Below are positions 10,301 through 18,782 of a stretch of DNA of 52,487 nt, piece by piece. Below the pieces are notes generated by a model, which was not told the DNA's origin, made no database searches, and worked only from the letters and a program-made list of their open reading frames with translations. This DNA is from a virus (taxonomy: Duplodnaviria > Caudoviricetes). Numbering within the stretch: position 1 is the stretch's first letter; the number at the start of each line of letters is the position of its first letter. The position numbers were made by a program, and so were the translations under genes. The stretch spans positions 1-52,487 of IMG/VR virus record IMGVR_UViG_3300035670_000291. The stretch is one strand, 5' to 3'.

Positions 10301-13251
10301 TATACACCATCTACAATCGTTGGATTTGAAACACCCGTTGATTGTGAAATACTTGCACTAAATCTATTTGTTGTTAACGTTGGTGCATATGATGCTGTTT
10401 CATTTCCAACGGTAACAATTATTGATCCTGTTGTTGATAAAAATGATGCAGATGGTACGAACCCAGTAGAGTATGCCGTTAACGTTGTATTTTCATTAGA
10501 AGCTAATACACCTATTTGTGATTTTACAATTAACGCATCTAATGTAACCTCATCAATATATTCTATATCATTGGAATCTGATCCTGTAAAATAATATGTG
10601 GTAGACCCGGCCGAATATGGGTATTCTATAGTTGAAATACTATATTGCGCAACTCCGTTTCCTATATTATTACTTATCAATGTTAATGCAGGTTTTCCAC
10701 TCCCACTATTTACTGTTATAGATGATGATGGTGATGTTAAATTTAATCTTTTTACAAAAATAGTCGCTGATTGTGGATTAGGATCCGGATCAGCATTTGA
10801 CATTTTATAAAAAAATTGATTTTTATCAGAGGTAGCTATAATACCTTTTGCCGCATCTCCTTTTGGGATTGCATCTATTGTTATAGATGATGTAAATACA
10901 CCATCTATTGTATGTAATTCAAAATCATAATTTGATTGACCTATTGCAAAAGTATATCCATTCTTATTGTCAGGAGTTATATCGGAAGAAGTAGAAACAA
11001 ATAATCTGTAAATACTTGCATTACCAACACTAGATGTATAATAAAGTGGAGGTGGAGAACCGGCCTCAGATGCAGAATTAATTACAAGACCCATAGGACC
11101 ATTATCAGGTAAATTCTGCTGAACTAATCGTATATCAATGTAATCATTCTGTACTACTGATTTGTATCCAGCATCCGGATTAAATGTAAAATTATTTTTA
11201 TCGGCAGTTGCATAAAATAAATAAGCGGGTGCACCCTGTTCGGTTCTAAATACTGTAAAATAACGATTTATATCTTCACAACTTGCAGTATAACTTATTG
11301 CTCCAACGGTAACGCCTGATATAGAACCGGTGAAATTCGCAGCTGTTAATTTATATGTATTTTCATCAACAACTTCTAATGTACCTGGAAAACCAGCTTG
11401 TGGCGATATCTCATTACCAGTAGTATCTACAGCAGAAGATGCAAATAATAATGATCCTGTTAATCCACTTTTTGTAAAATCAATTGTAATAAATGATGGA
11501 ATAACGGATGATGTAGAAAAATTAAAACTATTATTTGATAAATTAAGTTCTAAGTTTCTAGTAACGGATACATCATTACCACCTACAAACAAAGATGATG
11601 TTTGTAAGGTTATTGGAACATAATTATTATTTATGTCATAAATTTCAAATTTGAAATCAAAAGTTTCATTATTAATTTTAGTTGGAACATTTACAACTAA
11701 AGAAATTTCGTTTGGTGAAAAAGAACTTTCCTGTGCAGCTTTTAAACTTACATTTGATATATGCCATGTACCCGCTTTTACCAAAAATACAAGCTTACCA
11801 TCACCATTTGCATCTGGTTGAAAATTTATAGTTTGTCTATCGTATCTTCTAAATGGTGTATTTGTTTCTAATTCACCCAAAAACTTTCCAAAGGTATTTG
11901 AACTATTACTATTTACAAATGCAGAACCGCTACCATAAATTTCCAATAAAGCATAGTTACCCAAAGATGAACTCATTAACGGAGTAAAATCCAATTGGTA
12001 TTGAGTAAATCTAGAAAAATTTATAGAACCACTTGTCATAAATTTAAACAATCCTTGTAAATTTACAGGACTATTTACATCCGTAGTTGGTTGTAATTTA
12101 ACAGAACGTATTAATAAAGAATTATCAATAGAAACAATTGGAGAAGTTGTTATATTTTCTGTTTGCCAATAAGAATCTATAACTGGTTGTGAAAAAATAC
12201 CAGTTCTTACATTTAGTACCCCATTGAATTCATCTACTTGTAAAATTTCATTACTTTCTAATAACGCATCCTCTAATAGTTGATAATCACCTAAATCATT
12301 TTTTGATGATGCATATACTTTTATTCTGGATGCATCGCCTGTAAACGTTTCTAAATCCGTAATTCTTATTTTAGCAAATGATGAATTTATATTTGAATTT
12401 GTTATAGAAACACTTTCATCATATGTTATACTAAACGGTTTGTTTGAAAAATTTCTAATTCTTTCATAGAAAGGATCGGGTGTAGATCCTGTTATATAAT
12501 ATGGTATCGATACTAATGCTTTTTTATCATTAATAACATCTGTCAATAGTGGTGAATACGAAGAAGATAATCCAGAAACATTTATATTGAATCCTTCCAT
12601 TGATTGTGAAAAAAAACTGGATGTTGTTGATAATTCGTAAGAAATAGGTCCTCTATATGTTCTATAATCCGTATCTTGAATTGGTAATATGGATGTTCCA
12701 TTTATACTTCCTGAAAGTGTAACGCTTGTTACATTTCTATTATATATTGGTAAAACCGATTCTGTTATTTCTACTTGTGGCCTCCTATAAAAACGAATTG
12801 GTGTTATGTTTTTCTTAAATGGATTTACATTTATTGTTCTTTGCCACTTTACATTATATTTACCCACCCAATCTAATGGAACGGGTACATTTATTCCATC
12901 AACTGTGTAACTACTTAATTCACCTAAAATAGTTATAGTACAAGGTCCAAATGCGGTATCTGGATAAATATGAACGGATACAACTTTAGATGTACCCTCA
13001 TAATAAGATGGAATACCTGCAGATGGTTCTGAATATATAACGTTACCCAAAGAATCCTTAATTTCAATCTTAACCAAAGTATCAGGAACTAAATTTGTAG
13101 AACCTTGCACTAAAAATGCATTCTTACCACCCGTAAATGTATCGGGCAAATCCGTAACCCTAAAATACTGACTATTTGGGTCAAAATCATTTATGAAAAC
13201 ACTTATTTGTTCTAAATTTTGTTTAAATGATGTTTTTTTGAGTATTGCCAT
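4318..13251 (-). CDS. Long tail fibre (2977 aa) with C-terminal Peptidase S74 intramolecular chaperone
   Basis: SDERLKENI...GVEFDW...VGVIAQEIEKILPEAV...YEKIVPLLIEAIKEL; many G-x-I-G-G-W beta repeats; Ser/Thr/Gly rich. Confidence 0.88.
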   Translation of the reverse strand: MAILKKTSFKQNLEQISVFINDFDPNSQYFRVTDLPDTFTGGKNAFLVQGSTNLVPDTLVKIEIKDSLGNVIYSEPSAGIPSYYEGTSKVVSVHIYPDTAFGPCTITILGELSSYTVDGINVPVPLDWVGKYNVKWQRTINVNPFKKNITPIRFYRRPQVEITESVLPIYNRNVTSVTLSGSINGTSILPIQDTDYRTYRGPISYELSTTSSFFSQSMEGFNINVSGLSSSYSPLLTDVINDKKALVSIPYYITGSTPDPFYERIRNFSNKPFSITYDESVSITNSNINSSFAKIRITDLETFTGDASRIKVYASSKNDLGDYQLLEDALLESNEILQVDEFNGVLNVRTGIFSQPVIDSYWQTENITTSPIVSIDNSLLIRSVKLQPTTDVNSPVNLQGLFKFMTSGSINFSRFTQYQLDFTPLMSSSLGNYALLEIYGSGSAFVNSNSSNTFGKFLGELETNTPFRRYDRQTINFQPDANGDGKLVFLVKAGTWHISNVSLKAAQESSFSPNEISLVVNVPTKINNETFDFKFEIYDINNNYVPITLQTSSLFVGGNDVSVTRNLELNLSNNSFNFSTSSVIPSFITIDFTKSGLTGSLLFASSAVDTTGNEISPQAGFPGTLEVVDENTYKLTAANFTGSISGVTVGAISYTASCEDINRYFTVFRTEQGAPAYLFYATADKNNFTFNPDAGYKSVVQNDYIDIRLVQQNLPDNGPMGLVINSASEAGSPPPLYYTSSVGNASIYRLFVSTSSDITPDNKNGYTFAIGQSNYDFELHTIDGVFTSSITIDAIPKGDAAKGIIATSDKNQFFYKMSNADPDPNPQSATIFVKRLNLTSPSSSITVNSGSGKPALTLISNNIGNGVAQYSISTIEYPYSAGSTTYYFTGSDSNDIEYIDEVTLDALIVKSQIGVLASNENTTLTAYSTGFVPSASFLSTTGSIIVTVGNETASYAPTLTTNRFSASISQSTGVSNPTIVDGVYSIGQLTNDTGSVTLNVSYQDATGVITNFPKIITYSKAKKAAPVLAINITNNNQTVNAKSTGVQLSEFASASIEILETYDGVTTAKSIYGTPTITTLYGYSNYFYNSVNQTIALRTLSTDFEQLSISLEVLDSENVIRALDGNISLAKARNAVPNVEVSLVPVAQTILANSRGSGSVTPQPITVTAAEGGTDRFTSIGTLSFTNGLAGTATGNTINFSSNATSMLRDSGSVFIPINYTDGEGNTGLKTIVASVTRVRSAAPLTAISVTPQTQTVTSSSIGYGTPQNVTLTLQEVGGTPYTYTSTLGSTINTFSASVTNATIDTLTGIITPNTPNTSLGVNASSLITYINSEGTILTSSVSYSVGVALEGNDGGQGPGVVYRGTYVAGTTYFHTDIRRDIVVYSGQYYLANNTAKSGLTTWGTPPTDWTAFGATFDAVATNVLLTADATITRGLVMGTLDGFSGFIRSANATSLTAGKGYYFNYDGTFRFGDTGSSVVSWDGTNLTVSGTIKAQTGSIGGVIIAGNSIYTGTGTYANNNTGFFLSSSGHFSLEDKLSWDPVNNYLNVSGTITATTGSIGGITMSNASIYAGAGLWNDKATGFFISSSGHFSLEDKLNWNPITENLNISGTITATTGSIGGITMSNAAIYTGVGLWNNKNTGFFISRSGHFSLEDKLSWDPIGEHLNISGTLRANTGSLGGWTIDSDSIFSGTKRASSYNQFNSASMITIGSAGYISAPGFYISTTGQGVFSGSLQANGGTVLTTTNLLLFTASMHSFTSSVSSSLINISSSISVSIATLDDAIFTNSNGLIDKLPNASTSGLYTGKEYLGYFKVGSGWTSFLSSSGDFYLSGSGTQGLVWNSTANTLSIDGRVVARTGLIGGWGIGTSEISSSGTVGGSDGVFTTTGMRIGGTGYISAKNFSISSAGNVVLSGSIAANSGFIGGWVIGASSISTANVVGGSDGVGTTSGVILSKDGWISTKNFTVSSTGNVSMTGTVSATAGAIGSWVVDTDSIYVGTKRNSSYNQFNSASMITIGSAGYISAPGFFITTTGQSSFSGSLRANGGQLITPTQLLQFTASIQSFTSSISQSLINASASISQSIYVTDQSIFTNANGLIDKLPNPSTSGLYTGQQYLGYFKAGSGWTSFLSSSGDFYLSGSSTHGFVWNATRNTLSVDGNIIARSGSIGGWGIGTNEISSSNTVGGGDSSHTTTGMRISAVGWISAPNFYLASNGNVRISGSIYGGDITIGTAPSVFKADLNGIYLGNGTFASAPFRVTPGGALTATNATLSGGTIGGWSINTNNISSAGTSGGGDGSFTNSGIILNKDGWISSEKFFISSSGDVSFAGKLAYGVRGSGVNIMPLVWRYDPKPSSGILASSYENLTINGTAAENAINYGTDPFGKQSLLWECYPSGDGNADGGWNSTPTEIDNNKTYKFITYAKINNNADGDLYFGFYSISTTGALVSSSFLNNTVSDNTYFFFSQNPSGVNPIPFTNRWYLMVGYVHGKDYTGTTNMGGVYDVESGRKVFECYDFKWKTDGVNPIAKALHRCYHFYNTAGNGTTLYQQMFGPAVFEVDGTEPDLNRLLDKAQSLADGKGSGSFFDGKTFYAPIISGSSGDFTGKITATSGEIGGWLIDSDRLYSSGSGSNNIIKMKLEPNYANPQFTLTDVAGAPAVVIKTGQLLDTAVGAASINVTWNADKSGFTAGTTTDEVNETKYNLASSFTVSTTGLYTGTITLSSANAFTPLSSGYYGYSLSMQIASDNLFANVVYDSGVSSITSTTVGVQAVIPAVAAKQIELTFNSTGTYYIRSYWKRFAFGPDNPSASWNTISHNFPSFTLSKTTAYTELTDFGFQSIRSADRYVKIQRISSTDATMLQVGGDITATGNITAYYTSDERLKENIKQIDSAVSKINKINGVEFDWITDLIESKGGEDGYFIRKHDVGVIAQEIEKILPEAVATRDDGFKAVRYEKIVPLLIEAIKELKNEIEELKKNK
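6640..8210. repeat. Internal duplication in the tail fibre with a 918-nt (306-aa) offset; boundaries approximate
   Basis: ataaaaatcaccagatgaac at 6841 and 7759; gcagatccaat at 7193 and 8111. Confidence 0.85.
8245..8785. repeat. Three tandem 180-nt (60-aa) repeats in the tail fibre
   Basis: tttatcttc(c/t)aatga(g/a)aagtgtcc at 8281, 8461 and 8641 (SGHFSLEDKL three times). Confidence 0.9.
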
Positions 13252-13267
13252 TATTACCTTATTTTGA

Positions 13268-13303
13268 ATAAATATCCTTAAAAAATAAAGTAATCATATT
13301 TAT
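13268..13303. promoter_or_regulatory. Divergent pair of ATATTTAT motifs
   Basis: Minus copy 13268-13275 faces the tail fibre ATG; plus copy 13296-13303 faces ATG 13343. Confidence 0.6.
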
Positions 13304-13342
13304 ATATAGAAAACTAATATAAACTAAAGAAAAATAAAGATT

Positions 13343-13522
13343 ATGAAATATGCAATGTTACAGATAAAAAAAGAAACCCACGAACTTCTCAAAAACTATT
13401 GCGAAGAACATGGGTTTAAAATGGGTAGTTTGGTTGAAAACCTAATTAAAAAACATATAGGAATAATTAAAACTCAACCTACTATACTAAAAGCGGATAA
13501 GATTAAAAATCAATCTTACTAA
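13343..13522 (+). CDS. 59-aa ribbon-helix-helix-like DNA-binding protein
   Basis: MKYAMLQIKKETHELLKNYCEEHGFKMGSLVENLIKKHI...; strand-helix-G-helix pattern; A-rich leader; below the track cutoff. Confidence 0.7.
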   Translation: MKYAMLQIKKETHELLKNYCEEHGFKMGSLVENLIKKHIGIIKTQPTILKADKIKNQSY

Positions 13523-16500
13523 ATCCATTCTCTTTTTTTATTTCAATTAATCCATCTACAATATCTCTCATTTGTTCCAAATGTGAAATCATCCATATAA
13601 AATCAAATTGAGTTTTAAGATACTGCATCATCATAAACAAAGATGATAAGTTATCCGCATCCAATGTACCGAAACCTTCATCAATTACAAGGAAATTAGG
13701 ACGTGGTAAATTACATATGTTAATTAATGCAACTCTAATTGCCAATCCACTAACAAACTTCTCCATACCACTACACATCTCCAAAGGCCACTCTTGATCA
13801 TCGTAAACAATCTTTGCATTGATTGATTTACCATCCACTTCCATAACACATCCAAAATCTACAACCTGTGCAAGTATATTATTTACTTCTGTTTCGATTA
13901 CCGGTAATGCTTTTGAAATTAGTTCATAAGGTATCCCATCTCTCTTTACTGCATCTAAATAGTATGTGTATAGGCGGTTCTTTTCTTCCAAATCCTTAAC
14001 TTCATTCATCTTTTGCTTTATACCTTCTACAAATGAAGCCAGGCTTGCTATAGCACCATTGATTGTGGTTATATCCTTATTCAATTCTTTTATATCACCT
14101 TCAATTTTTGACTTACTATATTCTATCGTATTTATTTCAATTTGAAGATTTTTATTTCTTTCAATTGTATCTTCATTTTCATAATATAGTTCTATATCAT
14201 TTTCAACATTATCCAATTGAGTTTGTAATAGTTCCTCTTTTGTTTCTATACCTTTTAACTCAGCTTCTGTCTTTTCTTTGATAACAATTGCTTTTTGATA
14301 TTTAGCTTTCAAATCTACTAAAGTATCCCATTTAGAATTAACATCTGATAATGTTTGTTCATGTGTTTTTAATGTTGATATTAAAACATCAAATGTTTCC
14401 AATTGTTGTTCTTGTTCTCTAACTTTATTTTTTGTATCAATAGCATCTTTAACAAATACATTATTCATACAAAATTTACAATTAGGATCATACTCATGTG
14501 ATTCCAAATGAGATAACTTTTCTTTATTTGAAGATAATGATTGATTTATTAATTCTATTTGATGTGTTGTTTCTATAATTTGTTTTTTCAACAAATCATA
14601 TTCATTTTTAGCATCTTCAATTGGTTGTCCATTATGTGTTTTTATTTCATCAATTGATTGTGAAATTTCTAATAATTGATTTGTGTATTCTACAATTTTG
14701 GATTCTTTACTTTGTCTATCTACATCCAATAACTCAATTGATTTTTGAATTGAATCTCTTTTTGATTCTAAATTAGGTAAATCTAAATTTTTATCAATAG
14801 GTGTTAGTTGTTTATTCAATTCCACAATACTCTTTATCAAAGAATCTTTTTCTTCGTTCTTTTTATCTAAATTAGATTGTAATACTTTTAGTTTATCTTT
14901 TTTATCTTTTATTTCAACTCCTTTATCTGCAAGTTCTGATGTGAAATTTGTTTTTTTGAAGTTCTTAATTAAAACGGAAACTTCTTTAATGTCCTCACTT
15001 GCGGTTTCGTATAATTTATCAAATACATTAAGTCCCATAAACTGTGCCAACAAATCCTTTCTTTCCGATTGAGATTTATCAATAAACAAAGCATTGTTAC
15101 CTTGTAGAGATAATGCGGTTAATACAAAATCTTCGTACTTACCGACATATTGTTCAATTATTTGATTTGTATCACGTCTTTCCGTTCCGTTTAATGATAT
15201 AGATTGACCATCTTCTATTTTTGAAAATTGAACATCTACTTTTACATTCTTTCCTTTATTGATGGTTTTTGCTTCTCTACGAATGATATAATCTTCACCG
15301 TTTATTTGAAAATGTAATTCACACCAAAAATCGTTTTTACGATTATTCATTATATTTTGAGCCTTAAATGCTCTACTACACTTATCATATAAACAAAAAG
15401 ATATTGCATCAAAAATTGATGATTTACCACTTGCATTTGCTGCAAACAACCCCATCAATCCACCTAACTTTGTAAAATCAATTTTATTATCTTCACCATA
15501 TGAAAACATATTTGAAAATTTGAATTTTATTGGTTTCCAAAATATGTTTCTTTGAATATCTTCTTGATGTATTCTACTATTTACATCTCTATTTATTAAT
15601 TCCAATCCATCCAAATCTTCAGAAGTTGCAAATGGCATCATTCTTTCTACATATTCTTTTATCAAAGAATTTTGATAATTGATATCACTAACATCTTCAA
15701 AATCTAATTTGTTTACTCTATTACCACTTTTTAATTTAGAAAGAGAATCGGTTCTAATAATTGTAAAATCATCAATACCATATCTCAATTTAATTTCCGT
15801 CATTACCTTCTTCGTATCTGCGGTATCGGTATTTGATAAACGAACACGAAGTCTTGGAAACTTTGGCATATCATTAACGATTGGAACAATTCCTTTATCA
15901 ACATCCAATGTATAATATCCATAATCGTTTTTAATATCTATTTCTTCATACGTTAAGGTTTCTAAATCCCAAACTAATAAACCATGTTTATTCAAAGATT
16001 CTCCAAAGTTTTGTTGAATCAATGAACCCGCATATACTACTTTACATCCTTTCGGACTAATCATTTCTTGTCTTTTGTGAATATCACCCAATAGAGCCAA
16101 ATCGTATCCATCAAATATATCGGTTGTAAAATGTCTACTACTTACAACATAACCAACATCCGTTTGAGAATTATCAACTGGTCCGTGAAATAGTGCAATT
16201 TTTCTTTTAGCATCTTGCAATTGCCAATTATCTGCTAATGGCCAATTATCTTTATTATCAAAAATACTAAATACTGAAAATGCAACATCTCTATAATTCC
16301 AAACTTGCGTATCTCTTAAATAATAGAAGTTATCTAAATTCAATGCCTGAACGATTGGTGTCAATACATCAACCCTATCCGAATTGTTCATATTACAATC
16401 GTGATTTCCGGCAATAAGAATTGTAGGACATAATTTTGAACATTCTCTAAATAACCAAACAATTTCTTGAATTAATTCGGGAGACATTTCCAATTTAGCA

Positions 16501-16658
16501 TGTGCAATATCACCTGCCAAATAAATGATTGAATCTTCTGTTCCTCTTTTACGGATTTCATCAAACATTTTTATAAACACTTCTCTATACTCTTTGTGTC
16601 TTTTAACATTACGAATATGTACGTCCGCAATATGGTAAATCTTTTTTAGATTACTCAT
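13503..16658 (-). CDS. Fused SbcD(Mre11/gp47)-SbcC(Rad50/gp46) nuclease-ATPase
   Basis: Phosphoesterase motifs ADVH, AGD, GNHD, FHG, LGDIH; Walker A ANASGKSS; coiled coil with CKFC zinc hook; CSGME signature; Walker B/D-loop VIDEGFGTLD; ISH. Confidence 0.93.
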   Translation of the reverse strand: MSNLKKIYHIADVHIRNVKRHKEYREVFIKMFDEIRKRGTEDSIIYLAGDIAHAKLEMSPELIQEIVWLFRECSKLCPTILIAGNHDCNMNNSDRVDVLTPIVQALNLDNFYYLRDTQVWNYRDVAFSVFSIFDNKDNWPLADNWQLQDAKRKIALFHGPVDNSQTDVGYVVSSRHFTTDIFDGYDLALLGDIHKRQEMISPKGCKVVYAGSLIQQNFGESLNKHGLLVWDLETLTYEEIDIKNDYGYYTLDVDKGIVPIVNDMPKFPRLRVRLSNTDTADTKKVMTEIKLRYGIDDFTIIRTDSLSKLKSGNRVNKLDFEDVSDINYQNSLIKEYVERMMPFATSEDLDGLELINRDVNSRIHQEDIQRNIFWKPIKFKFSNMFSYGEDNKIDFTKLGGLMGLFAANASGKSSIFDAISFCLYDKCSRAFKAQNIMNNRKNDFWCELHFQINGEDYIIRREAKTINKGKNVKVDVQFSKIEDGQSISLNGTERRDTNQIIEQYVGKYEDFVLTALSLQGNNALFIDKSQSERKDLLAQFMGLNVFDKLYETASEDIKEVSVLIKNFKKTNFTSELADKGVEIKDKKDKLKVLQSNLDKKNEEKDSLIKSIVELNKQLTPIDKNLDLPNLESKRDSIQKSIELLDVDRQSKESKIVEYTNQLLEISQSIDEIKTHNGQPIEDAKNEYDLLKKQIIETTHQIELINQSLSSNKEKLSHLESHEYDPNCKFCMNNVFVKDAIDTKNKVREQEQQLETFDVLISTLKTHEQTLSDVNSKWDTLVDLKAKYQKAIVIKEKTEAELKGIETKEELLQTQLDNVENDIELYYENEDTIERNKNLQIEINTIEYSKSKIEGDIKELNKDITTINGAIASLASFVEGIKQKMNEVKDLEEKNRLYTYYLDAVKRDGIPYELISKALPVIETEVNNILAQVVDFGCVMEVDGKSINAKIVYDDQEWPLEMCSGMEKFVSGLAIRVALINICNLPRPNFLVIDEGFGTLDADNLSSLFMMMQYLKTQFDFIWMISHLEQMRDIVDGLIEIKKENGFSKIDF

Positions 16659-17596
16659 AAACTATTTATTTTATTTAATAACAATTCTTCCGAAGTAAAC
16701 TCTTTTGTTTTTGTTAGTTCTTCGTAGAATTTTGTATAACCAATTTCGGATGCATCCTTATCTTTCAAATACATCATCTTTACATTTATTCCATTCTTTC
16801 TAAAATACTCTGCAGCTTTCATTGCTTCGTTTATTGCATCGTTATCTAAAGAAATGATTATATTATTTACACCACTCATAAAGATTTTTTCAACCAATTG
16901 TTTGGATGGAAATTTTCCTAAAAGTGGTATTACATTTCTTTTTATTGTTATTGCATCAAACACACCTTCACATAATATAATTGGTTGTTTCCAATTAACT
17001 TGCGATTCAAAACAAATTATATTTTTACTTATTGGTGGATTCTTATATTTCATCTTTTCATCCTGATAATAAGAACGAGATACAAAGTAGTTTAATAATC
17101 CATTTGAATCATATGATGGTATAATCACTCTCCTTGCATATAATCCATTTTCACAATAACCTATATTATACTTTATAATTTCCTTTTGAGTTATTCCCCT
17201 TTGTCTTAGATAGTTCATCGCCTGTTTATATTCGGGATTAAAACCCTTTGGTTGTTCATTTAAGGACTTAAATTCTTTTGGTAACGAAATGTATATTTTG
17301 GTTTCGGAATCGTCCTGTTGAGGATTATAATTGCTATCACCATATATTTCACGGATGATTGATATAGAATTTTTATCAACATCAAGTTTACGAAGTAAGG
17401 ATGTTAATTTCTTACCACCACTATTACAAGTCCAACAATGCCACTTTTGTGTTTCCGTATTAACTTGTAGTTTTTGTTTATGGTGATTGCAGAAAGGACA
17501 ATAGAAAGCCAGTTCATTTCCTCTCAATGTAGAATGACTACCCAAAGTATTGGATAGTATAGAAGTAACTTTATTTTTATCATTTAGACTTAACAC
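16655..17596 (-). CDS. DNA primase (zinc finger plus TOPRIM)
   Basis: CPFC...HCWTC; CEGVFD; LDND; KDASE; GTG start. Confidence 0.9.
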   Translation of the reverse strand: MLSLNDKNKVTSILSNTLGSHSTLRGNELAFYCPFCNHHKQKLQVNTETQKWHCWTCNSGGKKLTSLLRKLDVDKNSISIIREIYGDSNYNPQQDDSETKIYISLPKEFKSLNEQPKGFNPEYKQAMNYLRQRGITQKEIIKYNIGYCENGLYARRVIIPSYDSNGLLNYFVSRSYYQDEKMKYKNPPISKNIICFESQVNWKQPIILCEGVFDAITIKRNVIPLLGKFPSKQLVEKIFMSGVNNIIISLDNDAINEAMKAAEYFRKNGINVKMMYLKDKDASEIGYTKFYEELTKTKEFTSEELLLNKINSL

Positions 17597-17600
17597 AAGT

Positions 17601-17632
17601 CAAATATACAAAAATAATTTTAATTTATCAAA
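17601..17632 (-). promoter_or_regulatory. Bacteroidetes sigmaA-type promoter
   Basis: TTTG-N20-TATATTTG ending 4 nt before the primase GTG. Confidence 0.75.
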
Positions 17633-17634
17633 TC

Positions 17635-18012
17635 TTATATTAGATTGTTTTTATATAGATTGAATTCATCATCAAATTGATTATAACTTACTAGTATTTC
17701 TTCATCTTTTTGAATATCTTTGGATGTAATCATTTCATCCGGTCCATATGGAACTGAATTTGGTTCATAACTATGATTTTGAAATATAGAATGATCACAT
17801 GATGAATAATAATAATCTCCTTCTTTCCAAAAGTATTTATTAATAAAATCTTTTTGAATATCCGTTAGTTCATTTAATCTATCTACATGAACTTTTATAT
17901 CAAACCCATCCATAAATCTCCAAATGATAGTTCCCTTTGGAACAAAGTTTTTTGCAAATGTTCCAAATCCCTTATCATTTGATTCTTTTATATATGTTTC
18001 TATTAAAAACAA
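17635..18012 (-). CDS. SET-domain protein (putative lysine methyltransferase)
   Basis: KGFGTFAKNFVPKGTII, NHSYEPN, DIQKDEEILVSY match SET motifs GxG, NHSxxPN and EELxxxY; TTG start uncertain. Confidence 0.85.
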   Translation of the reverse strand: MFLIETYIKESNDKGFGTFAKNFVPKGTIIWRFMDGFDIKVHVDRLNELTDIQKDFINKYFWKEGDYYYSSCDHSIFQNHSYEPNSVPYGPDEMITSKDIQKDEEILVSYNQFDDEFNLYKNNLI

Positions 18013-18030
18013 ATAAATATATTTTATTAT

Positions 18031-18441
18031 TTATAAAAACCAATCATCTGGTATAAACTTATCGGCATACTTAAATCCATTCTTTTCACACCAATCGGCA
18101 TAAGTTGTTTTTGATTTCTTATTGATTTTATTTTTTGAATTTGTAAAAACAAAACGAATATCCAGATTAGGATGCTGCTGTTTTACTAGTAAGTGCTTTT
18201 TCCTGTCTGCAAGTAAAAATCTACCTTTGGTTTCTACAAAGATTCCATTCGGTAACTTAAAATCAGGATGGTAAGTATGTTGAGAAGCAGGTACAACATA
18301 ATCCACAGTTTCGGATTCATATTGTACCTGTACTCCTTTACTATTAATTTGCGTTGATATATTTTCTTCAAGACCTGATCTAAAACCATACTTCTTTCCT
18401 ACCCACTTGGAGGATTTTTTTGATGTAACCTGTTTTCCCAT
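18031..18441 (-). CDS. T7 endonuclease I-like Holliday junction resolvase
   Basis: FRSGLE, YHPDFKLPNGIFVETKGRF, DIRFVF, TTYADWCEKNGF. Confidence 0.92.
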   Translation of the reverse strand: MGKQVTSKKSSKWVGKKYGFRSGLEENISTQINSKGVQVQYESETVDYVVPASQHTYHPDFKLPNGIFVETKGRFLLADRKKHLLVKQQHPNLDIRFVFTNSKNKINKKSKTTYADWCEKNGFKYADKFIPDDWFL

Positions 18442-18444
18442 TAA

Positions 18445-18744
18445 TTATTGTGGGTTTGATTCTCCGTATTTTTTAGTATCAGACCATCCATTTGGTAAAT
18501 AGGTTGTTCCTGCACCAATTGCTGCACCTTGAAATCCGTATCTATTTCCAGGAGAAACTACTGAAAATTCAGCCGCACCATCAATTGCACCAACATCAGG
18601 AGCTTTACCACCATTTATATTTTCACCTGCAGAATATGGTATTTGATCTATTGCTAAGTTTGCATCTACTTTAGATGCATCTGGTCCACCTTGATTGAAA
18701 GGTAAATCTTTTTTTGCGTTGTATAAATCTTGCATCGTTGCCAT
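18445..18744 (-). CDS. Hypothetical protein, likely virion
   Basis: 99-aa Gly/Ala-rich ORF; ATATTTAT at 18763-18770. Confidence 0.6.
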   Translation of the reverse strand: MATMQDLYNAKKDLPFNQGGPDASKVDANLAIDQIPYSAGENINGGKAPDVGAIDGAAEFSVVSPGNRYGFQGAAIGAGTTYLPNGWSDTKKYGESNPQ

Positions 18745-18782
18745 AATAGTTATATTTTTTATATAAATATAAAATTTTTAGA

